Shown here piece after piece: positions 29,121 to 39,192 of a stretch of DNA of 64,000 nucleotides (its first letter is position 1; every line of letters begins with the position of its first letter). The notes under the pieces were generated by a model. That model was given only the letters and a program-made list of their open reading frames with translations, was not told the DNA's origin and ran no database searches. The DNA comes from Gemmatimonadota bacterium. GTDB taxonomy: Bacteria; Gemmatimonadota; Gemmatimonadetes; Gemmatimonadales; GWC2-71-9. The stretch covers positions 9,773 to 73,772 of the forward strand of contig JBDHKN010000032.1 of NCBI GenBank assembly GCA_039586365.1, in the 5' to 3' direction. The position numbers and the translations under genes were made by a program.

Positions 29121-29160
29121 GATTGTATACATATACATATTGTCAATATGCATTGTCAAC
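29121..29160 (-). promoter_or_regulatory. AT-rich promoter/operator upstream of the barrel-hydrolase-PadR block
   Basis: Two TTGACA copies on the minus strand and a TGTATACATATACA quasi-palindrome in GC-rich DNA. Confidence 0.55.
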
Positions 29161-29550
29161 GTGTGGCGAGGAGTTTCGCTTATCGCAATCGCTAAGCGCT
29201 TGTGGGCCTGATGCTTAGACGCGCTTACCCTGTGGCTGGGTCGTCCCGGAATACGATGTTGCAGGTAGTGCAGGGCCCGCCGGGCAAGGCTGCCCCGTCG
29301 GGCTGCTGTAAATGGCATGGCTCCCAGCTGATGTCAGGCTGGGATGGGACCGCAGCTCATGGCGCAACACCACCCTCAGCCCCAAGACGGCGACTGGGTT
29401 CGTTAGCGGAATGCTGCGAAACTGGCTATGTGAGGTATGCATGTAGTACGGGGCTGAAACTCGGTCCGCTCTACCCCTCGATCCCGCCGCAAGATTGCCG
29501 TAGCCCCTTGCCTCGGTTATTGTTACCAGCCTGCACCCACCGATGAAAAG

Positions 29551-30249
29551 ATGTCGCTGATACCCAAGTTCGTTGAGCGGGGCTTTGAGGCCTCTCTGGT
29601 CCCGATCATACGTTGGCTGATTGCTCGCCGGGTCCACCCCAACCTGCTCACAACTGTGGGCACGGTTGTCCTCGTCGGCTCCGCGGTCACTTTTGCCATG
29701 GGGCTGGTGCGCCTGGGTGGGTTCCTCTTGTTGCTCAGCGGTGTGTTCGACATGCTGGATGGGCGGGTCGCGCGTGGGAGTGAGCTGGCCAGCAAGTTTG
29801 GGGCGTTCTACGACTCGACCCTCGATCGGTTTGGTGAGGCTGCCCTATTCGGGGGCATCGCGATCTACTTCATGCAGGGCGGTGTCCCGTCGTCACTCGC
29901 AGTACCCGCCGTGTGTGTTGCGATGGGTGCCCTCTCGTGCTCACTTCTGGTGTCGTATGCCAGGGCGCGCGCTGAAGGCCTCGGGCTGCACTGTAAAGTC
30001 GGTATCGCTCAGCGGGCTGAGCGGATCCTGGGATTGGGGGCACCAAGCTTATTCCTCGGTGCCGGACCCAACGGTTTCCTGCTGCTGGGAATCGTGACTC
30101 TACTTGCTCTGGTGGCGTTGGTTACAGTGGTGCAACGGGTGCAACACGTCTACAGAATCACGCGCAAGGTGCGGCGCACGACTCAGATTCGTCGCGCGGC
30201 GCCTGTGCTAGCCGAATTACAGGGGAAAGGAAGTAGTGGTGACAGATAG
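29551..30249 (+). CDS. CDP-alcohol phosphatidyltransferase (PIP-synthase-like)
   Basis: DMLDGRVAR...GAFYDSTLD, LVSYARARAEGLG, QRAER. Confidence 0.9.
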   Translation: MSLIPKFVERGFEASLVPIIRWLIARRVHPNLLTTVGTVVLVGSAVTFAMGLVRLGGFLLLLSGVFDMLDGRVARGSELASKFGAFYDSTLDRFGEAALFGGIAIYFMQGGVPSSLAVPAVCVAMGALSCSLLVSYARARAEGLGLHCKVGIAQRAERILGLGAPSLFLGAGPNGFLLLGIVTLLALVALVTVVQRVQHVYRITRKVRRTTQIRRAAPVLAELQGKGSSGDR

Positions 30250-31570
30250 ATTCGAAGGTACGATAGCACCCCCTGAGGGCAAACTCGGTGTGCTATTGGT
30301 GGGGTTGGGTGCTGTAGCCACGACCTATGTGGCCGGAGTTGAGAACATACGGAGGGGACGGGCAAAGCCGGTTGGGTCTCTCGTCGAGATGGGGACGATC
30401 CGACTTGGCAAGCGGACCGAGGACCGTTCGCCCAAGATAAGAGACTTGGTCCCGCTAGCCGATCCGGACAAAGTCGTCTTTGGGGCCTGGGACCCGATAC
30501 CTGATGATGGGTATGAGTCAGCCAAGAAGGCTGGCGTATTGGAGTCGGAGCATATCGAACCCATCGGCGAGTTCCTGAAATCGCTCCGGCCCATGCCCGC
30601 CGTGTTCGACCAAGCGTACGTTAAGCGGCTCTCAGGTACCAACGTGAAGAGCGGGAATACCAAGAGGGAACTGGCTGAACAGCTGCGCGAGGATATCCGC
30701 GGTTTCAAGCAGAACAACGCCTGCGATCGCCTCGTCATGATCTGGTGCGCCTCTACTGAAGTGTTCATTCGCCCCGGCCCGGTACACCAGTCGCTGAAAG
30801 CCTTTGAGAAGGCGATGGATGAGAACGACGCTGGAATTGCACCGTCGATGCTGTACGCGTGGGCCGCTATCATGGAGGGTGTGCCGTTTGCCAATGGGGC
30901 ACCCAACTTGTGTGTTGATACGCCTGCCCTGCAGCAACTTGCGGAGGGGAAGGGTGTGGCGATATCCGGTAAGGATTTCAAGACCGGACAGACGATGATG
31001 AAGACGGTGATTTCTCCGATGCTGAAAGCCCGCATGCTTGGCCTGTCTGGGTGGTACTCTACCAACATCCTCGGCAACCGCGACGGAGAGGTGTTGGACG
31101 ATCCGGAGTCATTCAAGACCAAGGAAGAGTCCAAGCTCGGAGTCCTCGAGTACATTCTGCAGCCCCACATTTATCCTGAGCTTTATGGGGACATTTACCA
31201 TAAGGTGCGGATCAACTACTACCCACCCCGCGGTGACAACAAGGAGGGGTGGGACAACATCGACTTTTTCGGCTGGCTCGAGTACCCGATGCAGATTAAG
31301 GTCGATTTTTTGTGTCGTGACTCGATTCTCGCAGCGCCTCTGGTACATGACTTGACCCTGTTCATGGACCTGGCTCAGCGCGCGCGCATATCGGGCATTC
31401 AGGAGTGGTTGTCGTTCTACTTCAAGAGTCCCATGGCCGCCCCTGGGTTGGTTCCTGAGAACGATCTCTTTATCCAACAAACGAAGCTCAAGAACACGCT
31501 CCGCTGGTTGATGGGTGAGGAACAGATAACCCATCTGGGGGTGGAGTACTACGAGTATCAGAAGGCGTGA
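30236..31570 (+). CDS. ino1: Inositol-3-phosphate synthase
   Basis: GLGAVAT, GKDFKTGQT, NILGNRDG, GDNKEGWD, CRDSILAAP, SFYFKSP. Confidence 0.95.
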   Translation: MVTDRFEGTIAPPEGKLGVLLVGLGAVATTYVAGVENIRRGRAKPVGSLVEMGTIRLGKRTEDRSPKIRDLVPLADPDKVVFGAWDPIPDDGYESAKKAGVLESEHIEPIGEFLKSLRPMPAVFDQAYVKRLSGTNVKSGNTKRELAEQLREDIRGFKQNNACDRLVMIWCASTEVFIRPGPVHQSLKAFEKAMDENDAGIAPSMLYAWAAIMEGVPFANGAPNLCVDTPALQQLAEGKGVAISGKDFKTGQTMMKTVISPMLKARMLGLSGWYSTNILGNRDGEVLDDPESFKTKEESKLGVLEYILQPHIYPELYGDIYHKVRINYYPPRGDNKEGWDNIDFFGWLEYPMQIKVDFLCRDSILAAPLVHDLTLFMDLAQRARISGIQEWLSFYFKSPMAAPGLVPENDLFIQQTKLKNTLRWLMGEEQITHLGVEYYEYQKA

Positions 31571-31995
31571 GTCTGGCCGATGTAGTCGTCGCGACGCTCG
31601 GCATCGTGCTCATCGTGGGAGAACTCTGGTTCTTCCTGGGCCCGCACAAGCCGGTGCCGTTCCGCACGCCACGCGACCACCTGCAGGAGATCAAGGTCCT
31701 CGTCAAGGGTGGCTACGATCCCGATACAATTCCGGTCGAGGCGGGCCGCCCGGTCCGCCTGCTCTTCTACCGAGACGAGACAGAGGAGTGCTCCTCCACG
31801 GTGACGTTCGAGAGTCTCGGTATCCAAAGGGAACTGCCGGCATTTAAGACCACTGCTATCGAATTCACACCAGAGCAGCCGGGCGACTACCCGTTCCACT
31901 GCGGTCTATCGGTGCTGCACGGCCGCGTGGTAGCACAGTTGGGTCGCGAGGGCGCCCGCGCCAATCTCGGTAAGGGGCACGCCAAGCATGGGTGA
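31567..31995 (+). CDS. Membrane-anchored cupredoxin-domain protein (CupA-like)
   Basis: TM then [25 protein letters not shown]; precedes the Cu ATPase. Confidence 0.85.
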   Translation: MSLADVVVATLGIVLIVGELWFFLGPHKPVPFRTPRDHLQEIKVLVKGGYDPDTIPVEAGRPVRLLFYRDETEECSSTVTFESLGIQRELPAFKTTAIEFTPEQPGDYPFHCGLSVLHGRVVAQLGREGARANLGKGHAKHG

Positions 31996-34531
31996 CGCGC
32001 GTATTACGTTGCCGGTCGAAGGGATGACGTGCGGTGCCTGTGCGGTGACCGTTCAAAAGCGCTTGCTCAAAGAACCCGGCGTGAAGGAGGCGGCCGTCAA
32101 CTACGCGACCGGGAAATCGACCGTTACCCTCGATGACTCGATAACCAGTGTCGCGATGTTGGTCTCGGCGGTCCGGGATGCGGGCTACGACTGCGCCAAG
32201 ACATCGATCTCGTTCGGGGTCGAGGGGCTGCACTATGCCAGTGGCACCAGTCGTCTGGAGCACGCCCTCACGGCGCTTCCTGGCGTACTGGCTGCCAGTG
32301 CAAATCAGGCTACCGAGCAGGTTCGGGTGGAATACGTGCCCGGGCTCGTTACCTCGCGGGCACTGGAACAAGCGGTTAAGCAGGTTGGCTTCATGGTAGC
32401 CGCACCGTTGGCTGAGGAAGACCCGGTTGAACGTGAACGTGTGCGCCTACGCAGAGAGGTTCGGCAACTGACCTGGAAGTTCGTTGTGGCCGCGTTCGCA
32501 GCCATCGCAACCATGGTGGGCTCGATGCCCCTCATGATGCAGAACGGTGTCAAAGGCAGCGATCTGTTTGCCCGCTTGATGCGGCCGATGGGAGGAGTGC
32601 TACGGAATCTCCTACCCATCCTCTACGAGCTTGACACCACCGCTTTGAAACTCGTCATGCTCGCGCTGACGATTCCAGTACTGGTGTGGGGTGGTCGGCA
32701 GTTCTACGCTGCGGCTTGGAGCGGTCTCAAGCATCGGTCCGCTGACATGAACACGCTCATCGCAGTTGGAACTGGTGCAGCCTTCCTGTATTCAACGGCG
32801 GCGACCGTACTGCCCGCGGTGTTCCGGTCGGCCGGACTGTCAGCAGATGTCTACTTCGAGGGAGTGAACGCGATCATAGCACTCATCCTGCTGGGGCGGC
32901 TGTTTGAGGCGAAGGCGAAGGGTAGCACGTCGGCTGCCATCGGTCGCCTGCTGGCGATGAGGCCCAAGGCCGCAAGGGTCCAGCGTCGCGGGCAAGACTT
33001 GGATATCCCGATTGAGCGCGTCGAAGTGGGCGATCGAGTACTCGTGCGGCCAGGTGAGACGATCCCTGTAGATGGAATCGTTGTCTCGGGTGAGTCGAGC
33101 GTGTCTGAAGCGATGCTCACCGGCGAGCCGCTGCCGGTCGAAAAGAAGCCAGGCGACAAAGTTGTGGGCGGTACCACCAACGGTCGGGGCTCTTTCGTTT
33201 TCACGGCCGATGCCGTTGGAAAGGACACGATGCTGGCCCAGATCGTCCGCTTGGTGGAAGAAGCGCAGGGAACCAAAGCGCCGGTTCAGCGGTTGGCTGA
33301 TAGAGTTGCCGGTGTATTCGTGCCGATCGTCATAGCAGTTGCGATTATGGCGTTCGTAGTGTGGTTTGTGATTGGGCCGGCGCCAGAGGTCGTGTTCGCC
33401 ACGGTGGCTCTGGTGACCGTCCTCGTGATCGCCTGCCCATGCGCCCTGGGGCTCGCGACGCCAACGGCAATCATGGTTGGGACGGGCAAGGGAGCGGAGC
33501 TGGGCATCTTGATTCGAGGTGGCGAAGCGCTGGAACACGTGCAGCGCGTCGATACCATCGTATTCGACAAGACCGGCACGATCACGGCCGGGGCGCCCAG
33601 CGTGACTCATGTTCTGGGTGTGAAACGTTCCGACGGGAGTGTCGTCGGAACGACGGAGTTGCTCAAGCTCGCGGCGGCCGTCGAGGCACGCTCCGAGCAT
33701 CCGTTCGCGGCAGCGATTGCATCCGCTGCCCGAGACAAGGGCATCGACATCCCGGGAGTCGAGCGGTTTGTAGCGATGGAAGGGAGAGGCGTGCGGGGGA
33801 TAGTCGGCAAGTATCTGGTTGAGGTGATCAGCATGCGGCATGCAGAGGAACGCAGCCTCGATCTGGGTGATCTAACTGGCAAAGCTGAGCGGCATGTCTT
33901 GGCGGGTCGGTCGCCCGTCGTGCTAGTGGTGAACGACACCGTGCAGGGTCTGATCATGATCGCGGATCCAATCAAGCCGCGGGCCAAGGCCACGGTGGAG
34001 CGGCTCAAGAAGATGGGCTACGATTTGTTCATCCTGAGCGGTGACAGCAAGGTGTCGACGGGGCTGGTGGCCAAGGAAGTGGGCATCGATCGGGTGATCG
34101 CTGAGGTTGCTCCGAAGGACAAGGCCGATGAAGTGAAGCGACTGCAGCAGGATGGCAAAGTGGTGGCTATGGTGGGTGACGGGATAAACGATGCCGCCGC
34201 CCTCGCGCAAGCCGATGTCGGGTTTTCCATCGGCACTGGGGCTGATGTGGCTGTAGAGGCTTCGGACCTTACACTGATCCGCGGGGACCTATCTGCTGTG
34301 GTGACGGCAATCGAGCTTTCGCGTCGAACCGTTCGAGCGATCCGCGGCAATCTCTTTTTTGCATTCGTGTACAATACCGTAGGCATACCGTTAGCGGCCG
34401 GGGTATTGTACCCATTCACTGGACTGCTACTGAGTCCCGTCTTTGCCAGCGCTGCGATGTCTCTATCCAGTCTCAGCGTGGTAGGTAACAGCTTGCGACT
34501 CAGGAGATTCGTTCCAGCAAAGGTTTCGTGA
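31988..34531 (+). CDS. copA: Copper-translocating P1B ATPase
   Basis: [42 protein letters not shown]. Confidence 0.95.
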   Translation: MGDARITLPVEGMTCGACAVTVQKRLLKEPGVKEAAVNYATGKSTVTLDDSITSVAMLVSAVRDAGYDCAKTSISFGVEGLHYASGTSRLEHALTALPGVLAASANQATEQVRVEYVPGLVTSRALEQAVKQVGFMVAAPLAEEDPVERERVRLRREVRQLTWKFVVAAFAAIATMVGSMPLMMQNGVKGSDLFARLMRPMGGVLRNLLPILYELDTTALKLVMLALTIPVLVWGGRQFYAAAWSGLKHRSADMNTLIAVGTGAAFLYSTAATVLPAVFRSAGLSADVYFEGVNAIIALILLGRLFEAKAKGSTSAAIGRLLAMRPKAARVQRRGQDLDIPIERVEVGDRVLVRPGETIPVDGIVVSGESSVSEAMLTGEPLPVEKKPGDKVVGGTTNGRGSFVFTADAVGKDTMLAQIVRLVEEAQGTKAPVQRLADRVAGVFVPIVIAVAIMAFVVWFVIGPAPEVVFATVALVTVLVIACPCALGLATPTAIMVGTGKGAELGILIRGGEALEHVQRVDTIVFDKTGTITAGAPSVTHVLGVKRSDGSVVGTTELLKLAAAVEARSEHPFAAAIASAARDKGIDIPGVERFVAMEGRGVRGIVGKYLVEVISMRHAEERSLDLGDLTGKAERHVLAGRSPVVLVVNDTVQGLIMIADPIKPRAKATVERLKKMGYDLFILSGDSKVSTGLVAKEVGIDRVIAEVAPKDKADEVKRLQQDGKVVAMVGDGINDAAALAQADVGFSIGTGADVAVEASDLTLIRGDLSAVVTAIELSRRTVRAIRGNLFFAFVYNTVGIPLAAGVLYPFTGLLLSPVFASAAMSLSSLSVVGNSLRLRRFVPAKVS

Positions 34532-34534
34532 CTC

Positions 34535-34825
34535 ATGCGCTACTTTCATCGCACAGCCGCATCTCTCGACGAGGTACTCCAGGAAGCTGACCGGTACTTC
34601 CCTCCCCATGCAGCGTCGCAGGACTCGGGCGAGCATCATCGGGTGTACGGCGGGACTGTAGGTCGGATCACGCTGAACGTTCATGCCGAGGGTGGTCACT
34701 ACACGTTGGTTGCAGTTGAGACCGACCAGGTCGGCGAGAGTGAGGCCGACAAGATTGCAAAGCGTTTCCTGACCAAAGTCCACCAGCTCGCCGAGCCGTC
34801 ACACGTGGCTCGAGGAGCCTACTGA
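34535..34825 (+). CDS. Hypothetical His-containing protein in the copper operon
   Basis: 96 aa filling the gap between copA and copZ on the same strand. Confidence 0.65.
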   Translation: MRYFHRTAASLDEVLQEADRYFPPHAASQDSGEHHRVYGGTVGRITLNVHAEGGHYTLVAVETDQVGESEADKIAKRFLTKVHQLAEPSHVARGAY

Positions 34826-34842
34826 TCTCAGAGGGACATACT

Positions 34843-35058
34843 GTGGCATCCATTCAGCTGAAAGTCTCTGGCATGACTTGCGATCACTGCCGTGGGAGGG
34901 TCGAGACCGCGTTGCAACAAGTCGCCGGCGTTTACTCGGTGTTTGTTGATCTGGGCGAGGGCTCGGCCGAGGTCGATTTCGACGCTGCCGCGGTGACACC
35001 AGAAGTGTTAGTGGGTGCGGTCAAATCAGCTGGCTACGACGCGCTACCTGCCAGCTGA
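34843..35058 (+). CDS. copZ: CopZ-like metal chaperone
   Basis: GMTCDHC...AGY HMA domain. Confidence 0.9.
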   Translation: MASIQLKVSGMTCDHCRGRVETALQQVAGVYSVFVDLGEGSAEVDFDAAAVTPEVLVGAVKSAGYDALPAS

Positions 35059-35136
35059 TATCACCCTCACCGCCAGCTTCCACCGGGTCGCGGACTGCCC
35101 TCCGACTGCGGTGGATTTTTCCGTTTGGGAGCCGCA

Positions 35137-36117
35137 ATGGCTGAAGTGACTTATCTCGAGGCGCTGCGCCAGGGTCTGCGTGAGGAAATGAGACGTGACC
35201 CGAACGTTCTCTTGATCGGTGAGGACATAGGCGTCTACGGTGGTGCCTTCAAGGTCACCGCTGGTTTTCTGGATGAGTTTGGCCCCGCCCGGGTCGTAGA
35301 CACCCCCATCAGTGAGACGGCGATAATCGGTGCGGCTGCCGGAGCAGCGCACATGGGATTCCGCCCCGTGGTCGAGATGCAGTTCATCGACTTCATTGCA
35401 TCCGCCTACGACATCATCACCAACTATGTGGCAACCGCCCGATACCGTGCCGGGCTCGCAACCCCCCTCGTCGTGCGCGGTCCCTGCGGGGGTTATGTAA
35501 GGGGTGGCCCGTTCCACTCGCAAATGCCAGAGGCCGCGTTCTTCCATACTCCGGGGCTAAAACTGGTATGTCCGGCAACCGTGCGGGACGCCAAGGGGCT
35601 GATCAGAGCTGCCATCCGCGATGATGATCCCGTCATCTACTTCGAGCACAAGTACTTGTATCGCCGTCTCAAAGAGGATCTGCCCGAGCACGAAGACGTG
35701 TTTACTCCCATCGGCGAGGCGCGGATAGTACGAGGGGGGACGGACCTAACCATCGTCAGTTGGTCTGCGGCCTTGTGGCACGCGCTCGATGCGGCAGCGA
35801 AGATCAGCGAACAGGACGGGGCGTCGATCGAGGTCATCGATCTCAGGACGCTGCTGCCCATGGACCACCAAGCCATTGTCTCCTCTGTGCGAAACACCAA
35901 CAAGCTGTTGATAGTTCACGAGGATACGCGTACGGGTGGTATCGCCGGTGAAATCACGGCGCGGGTCCAAGAGGAAGCGTTTGCATGGCTCGATGCCCCC
36001 ATCATGCGAGTCACTGCTGAAGACACGCCGTTGCCGTACTCGGCGCCGCTGGAGGATTTCGTGCTACCGCAGATTACCGACATCATCAGTGCTGCTCGTC
36101 AGCTGCTAGCTTACTAG
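35137..36117 (+). CDS. 2-oxoacid dehydrogenase E1 beta subunit
   Basis: GEDIGVYGGAFKVT, DTPISE, EMQFIDF, FHSQ, EHKYLY. Confidence 0.93.
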   Translation: MAEVTYLEALRQGLREEMRRDPNVLLIGEDIGVYGGAFKVTAGFLDEFGPARVVDTPISETAIIGAAAGAAHMGFRPVVEMQFIDFIASAYDIITNYVATARYRAGLATPLVVRGPCGGYVRGGPFHSQMPEAAFFHTPGLKLVCPATVRDAKGLIRAAIRDDDPVIYFEHKYLYRRLKEDLPEHEDVFTPIGEARIVRGGTDLTIVSWSAALWHALDAAAKISEQDGASIEVIDLRTLLPMDHQAIVSSVRNTNKLLIVHEDTRTGGIAGEITARVQEEAFAWLDAPIMRVTAEDTPLPYSAPLEDFVLPQITDIISAARQLLAY

Positions 36118-36560
36118 GGCAGCGGGTGGGACCAGAGCAACGTGTCAGTGGAAAAGGGGAGCAACTTGGGGCCCTGCGATTGCTGAATGATGTGCCGCTG
36201 AACTCTGGTAACAGCTGCCGCGTTTCGCAACGCGAAGCACCACGATTTGTCACCCCAAATGGGTCGATACCAAGGGGTTGCTGACCCGGTGCTGCGGACG
36301 ACAGGGGCGGCGGCCTTTTTCACCTTGCGGATCACCTCTTGTCTGCGCAGCCGCGGAGGGGTCTTGACCAACAGCCGCACTTGAGTCGGGCTGACACACA
36401 CGGCATGTACGGACCAACCCGGAAACCTGCAGGAGTCTCTTATCGACCGCTCGCAGAATCTTGCGGTAGCTGGTATTTTCAACAACTCTCGGCGGCGGTA
36501 CGTGGTGCAGACTACATGGTACCACTTAGCGGCGGCCGACGGGTTCGCATATGGATTCAT
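36114..36560 (-). CDS. IS200/IS605 TnpA (Y1 HUH)-like protein with degenerate catalytic motifs
   Basis: YHVVCTTYRRRELL, PTQVRLLVKTPP (cf. PDHVHLLV..PP), IW, VQRHIIQQ (cf. YIxxQ); intact 148-aa ORF. Confidence 0.72.
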   Translation of the reverse strand: MNPYANPSAAAKWYHVVCTTYRRRELLKIPATARFCERSIRDSCRFPGWSVHAVCVSPTQVRLLVKTPPRLRRQEVIRKVKKAAAPVVRSTGSATPWYRPIWGDKSWCFALRNAAAVTRVQRHIIQQSQGPKLLPFSTDTLLWSHPLP

Positions 36561-36664
36561 GGCATGCAGTATGTGTGCGGTCCGCCCCGCCGGAGTACCC
36601 GAAACTGCGCAGCCGGGACCACTTCTTTTCGCTCCAGAGTTGAGCTAGCTCCGAGGAGATCTGC

Positions 36665-38008
36665 ATGGCGCGGATAGACGTCGTGATGCCGCAAATGGGA
36701 GAGTCAATCGTCGAAGGCACGGTGGCTCGATGGCTCAAGAGGGTCGGTGATGACGTCGAGCGGGATGAGGCCATCTTAGAGATTTCCACGGACAAGGTGG
36801 ATGCGGAGATTCCGTCACCGGCTGCCGGTGTCATGGCGGAAATCAAGGTGGAGGAAGGACAGACGGTAGAGGTACAGTCGGTCATCGCGGTAATTGAGAC
36901 CGACCAGAGTGGAGCGGCAGCCGCCGGCACCGCAGCCGCCGTGGCGGAACCGTCTCACAGTGCTACTCAAGCAGAGGCGCCAGTGGTGAGTGCCATGGCT
37001 GTGGGGCAGCCGGAGCCGACCCCAGCTAAGCAGCCAGAGCCCGGGATTGCTGCCGCGGGGGAGGCGTCGCACGAACGCTTGAAGCGTTTCTCTACGCCGC
37101 TGGTCCGCAAGATCGCTGCCGAACATGACGTGGACATCAGTGCTATCGCAGGGACAGGGCACGCCGGCCGAGTCACGAAGAGGGACATCCTGAATTTCAT
37201 TGAGCACAGGGGAACTGGCACGGGCTCGGCAGCTGCTGCCGTCGCCCCCCCCCGGGCCCCGGGCGGACCGATCGGTGAAGGGACTGCCCATCCTACTGTG
37301 GAACCTTGGCCTGGTGACCGCGTGGAGCCGATGACTCGCATTCGGAAGCTCACGGCGGACCACATGGTGCTATCGCGTCGTGTATCAGCGCACGTGACCA
37401 GCTTCTACGAGGTTGATTTCACCCGAATTGCTCAGATCCGTCAGGCCAAGAAGGAATACGAAGAGCACGGCGCGAAGCTCACATACTTGGTGTTTATCGC
37501 CAAAGTGATCGCCGACAGACTCCGGCAACATCCTGTGCTCAACGCTTCGGTAAGCGGTGATAGCATCATCTATCGAAGGCAGATCAACCTGGGTATTGCC
37601 GTGGCATTGGACTGGGGTCTCATCGTGCCGGTGCTCAGAGATGCTGACGAACTATCTCTGATTGGAATCGCCAAACGCATGGCTGATCTGGGTGAACGTG
37701 CTCGTACAAAACGACTGAGCCCTGATGAGGTACAGAACGGCACTTTCACTATCACGAACCCAGGTGTCTTCGGCTCGTACATGGGAGCTCCGATTATCAA
37801 CCAGCCGCAGGTCGCCATCCTGGGTGTGGGCGCAATTGGGAAACGGCCCAAAGTGGTCACCGTGGACGGCCAAGACGCACTCGTGATCCGCACCTTGGGA
37901 ATGTTGTCGCTCTCCTTCGATCACCGCATCGTGGACGGTGCAGACGCTGATCGGTTCATGGTTGACGTGACGCGGGATCTGGAAGACTTCGTGGAAGGAG
38001 TTGTTTGA
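36665..38008 (+). CDS. Dihydrolipoamide acyltransferase E2
   Basis: Lipoyl STDKVDAEIPSP, E3-binding GTGHAGRVTKRD, catalytic DHRIVDG. Confidence 0.95.
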   Translation: MARIDVVMPQMGESIVEGTVARWLKRVGDDVERDEAILEISTDKVDAEIPSPAAGVMAEIKVEEGQTVEVQSVIAVIETDQSGAAAAGTAAAVAEPSHSATQAEAPVVSAMAVGQPEPTPAKQPEPGIAAAGEASHERLKRFSTPLVRKIAAEHDVDISAIAGTGHAGRVTKRDILNFIEHRGTGTGSAAAAVAPPRAPGGPIGEGTAHPTVEPWPGDRVEPMTRIRKLTADHMVLSRRVSAHVTSFYEVDFTRIAQIRQAKKEYEEHGAKLTYLVFIAKVIADRLRQHPVLNASVSGDSIIYRRQINLGIAVALDWGLIVPVLRDADELSLIGIAKRMADLGERARTKRLSPDEVQNGTFTITNPGVFGSYMGAPIINQPQVAILGVGAIGKRPKVVTVDGQDALVIRTLGMLSLSFDHRIVDGADADRFMVDVTRDLEDFVEGVV

Positions 38009-38283
38009 TGGCGAGACGAAGCATCGAGATCGATGGCGAGCAGTGGGACGTCTATCCATCAGGACGAGTAACTGCTTACACGCTTGACGAGTTCGGACTC
38101 GTGTTCGAGAAAGGCACTGGACCGGAACGAGTCCTCAGAGTCACGCGGTTTTCGCCGCTGGGTCCTCGCCGGCGGGATGCTGCCCTAGCGGAACTGTCTG
38201 ATCGGCGGCTGGAGGAGCTCTATCGCCAATCGCAGCCACCCCGCACTAGTCCGGAGTTGGACTATCGGAGGCACACCGGCTAA
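38008..38283 (+). CDS. Hypothetical protein
   Basis: Coupled to the E2 stop (TGATG) and ends 3 nt before the PHP gene. Confidence 0.7.
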   Translation: MARRSIEIDGEQWDVYPSGRVTAYTLDEFGLVFEKGTGPERVLRVTRFSPLGPRRRDAALAELSDRRLEELYRQSQPPRTSPELDYRRHTG

Positions 38284-38286
38284 CCC

Positions 38287-39141
38287 GTGTCCGTCGTTGA
38301 TCTTCACGTACACTCCACGGCATCAGACGGCGAGAACACACCAGCCGAGGTGGTCCGCCGAGCCGCGGCTGTGCGCTTGTCGAGCATTGCGCTGACGGAT
38401 CATGATACTTTGGGTGGCATTCCGGAGGCGTTAGCTGCGGGTGCCGAGCACGGGGTCAGAATCATCACGGGGTGTGAGTTCAGTGTGCAAGTGCAGTGGG
38501 GAGAGATGCACCTGCTGGCGTATTTCCTACCCAATGACAATCCAGACTTGGCACGGTTCCTTTTGGGCGAACGGGACAAGCGTGTCGATCGGGCATACGC
38601 GATGGTCGAACGTCTGAACCGAGCAAAGGTCGCGACGGATCCCGATGCGGTGCTTGCGGAAGCTGCGGGAGGTGCGGTTGGGCGCCCGCACCTGGCCCGC
38701 GTCCTCGTAAGGGACGGTGTGGTCAAGACTACTGACGAAGCCTTCCACAGGTTCCTTGGATCGGGCAAACCTGGCTACGTGCCGAAGGATCTTCCATCTG
38801 TAGAGGACGTGACGGCATTGGTTTGTGGGTTGGGGGGGGTAACTTCAGCTGCTCATCTTCGCTCTCGGGCCAGTCGGGTGACGCTGGAACAACTGCGCAA
38901 GGTGGGAGTGGATGCAGTGGAGGTGATGCACCCGGTGCACAACCGAGCGACCAGCGACAGGATCCGCGGTCTTGCAGGCGATATTGGGCTACTGGTCACT
39001 GGCGGTTCGGACTGGCACGGCGATAGTGCTCTGGGCAATGACCGCGCGCCCCTTGGCTCACTGCGGGTTCCTGAATCTTGGCTCAGCGGAATCGAGCTAT
39101 TGCACCGGGAACGTGTGGCCAATACCGGGGCCGCAAGGTGA
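38287..39141 (+). CDS. PHP-domain phosphoesterase (TrpH/YciV-like)
   Basis: DLHVHSTASDG, LTDHDT, GRPHLA, GGSDWHG. Confidence 0.92.
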   Translation: MSVVDLHVHSTASDGENTPAEVVRRAAAVRLSSIALTDHDTLGGIPEALAAGAEHGVRIITGCEFSVQVQWGEMHLLAYFLPNDNPDLARFLLGERDKRVDRAYAMVERLNRAKVATDPDAVLAEAAGGAVGRPHLARVLVRDGVVKTTDEAFHRFLGSGKPGYVPKDLPSVEDVTALVCGLGGVTSAAHLRSRASRVTLEQLRKVGVDAVEVMHPVHNRATSDRIRGLAGDIGLLVTGGSDWHGDSALGNDRAPLGSLRVPESWLSGIELLHRERVANTGAAR

Positions 39142-39192
39142 TCACAGGTATCGATAGACAATTATCAACTACGTGCAGAATTGGGGATAACG

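Noticed and set aside
29112..29637. Short ORFs in the barrel-transferase intergenic region
   Set aside because: No RBS or motif support, mutually overlapping, atypical composition.
36114..36560. Active IS200/IS605 insertion sequence
   Set aside because: HUH and catalytic Tyr are absent, with no tnpB and no visible end hairpins.
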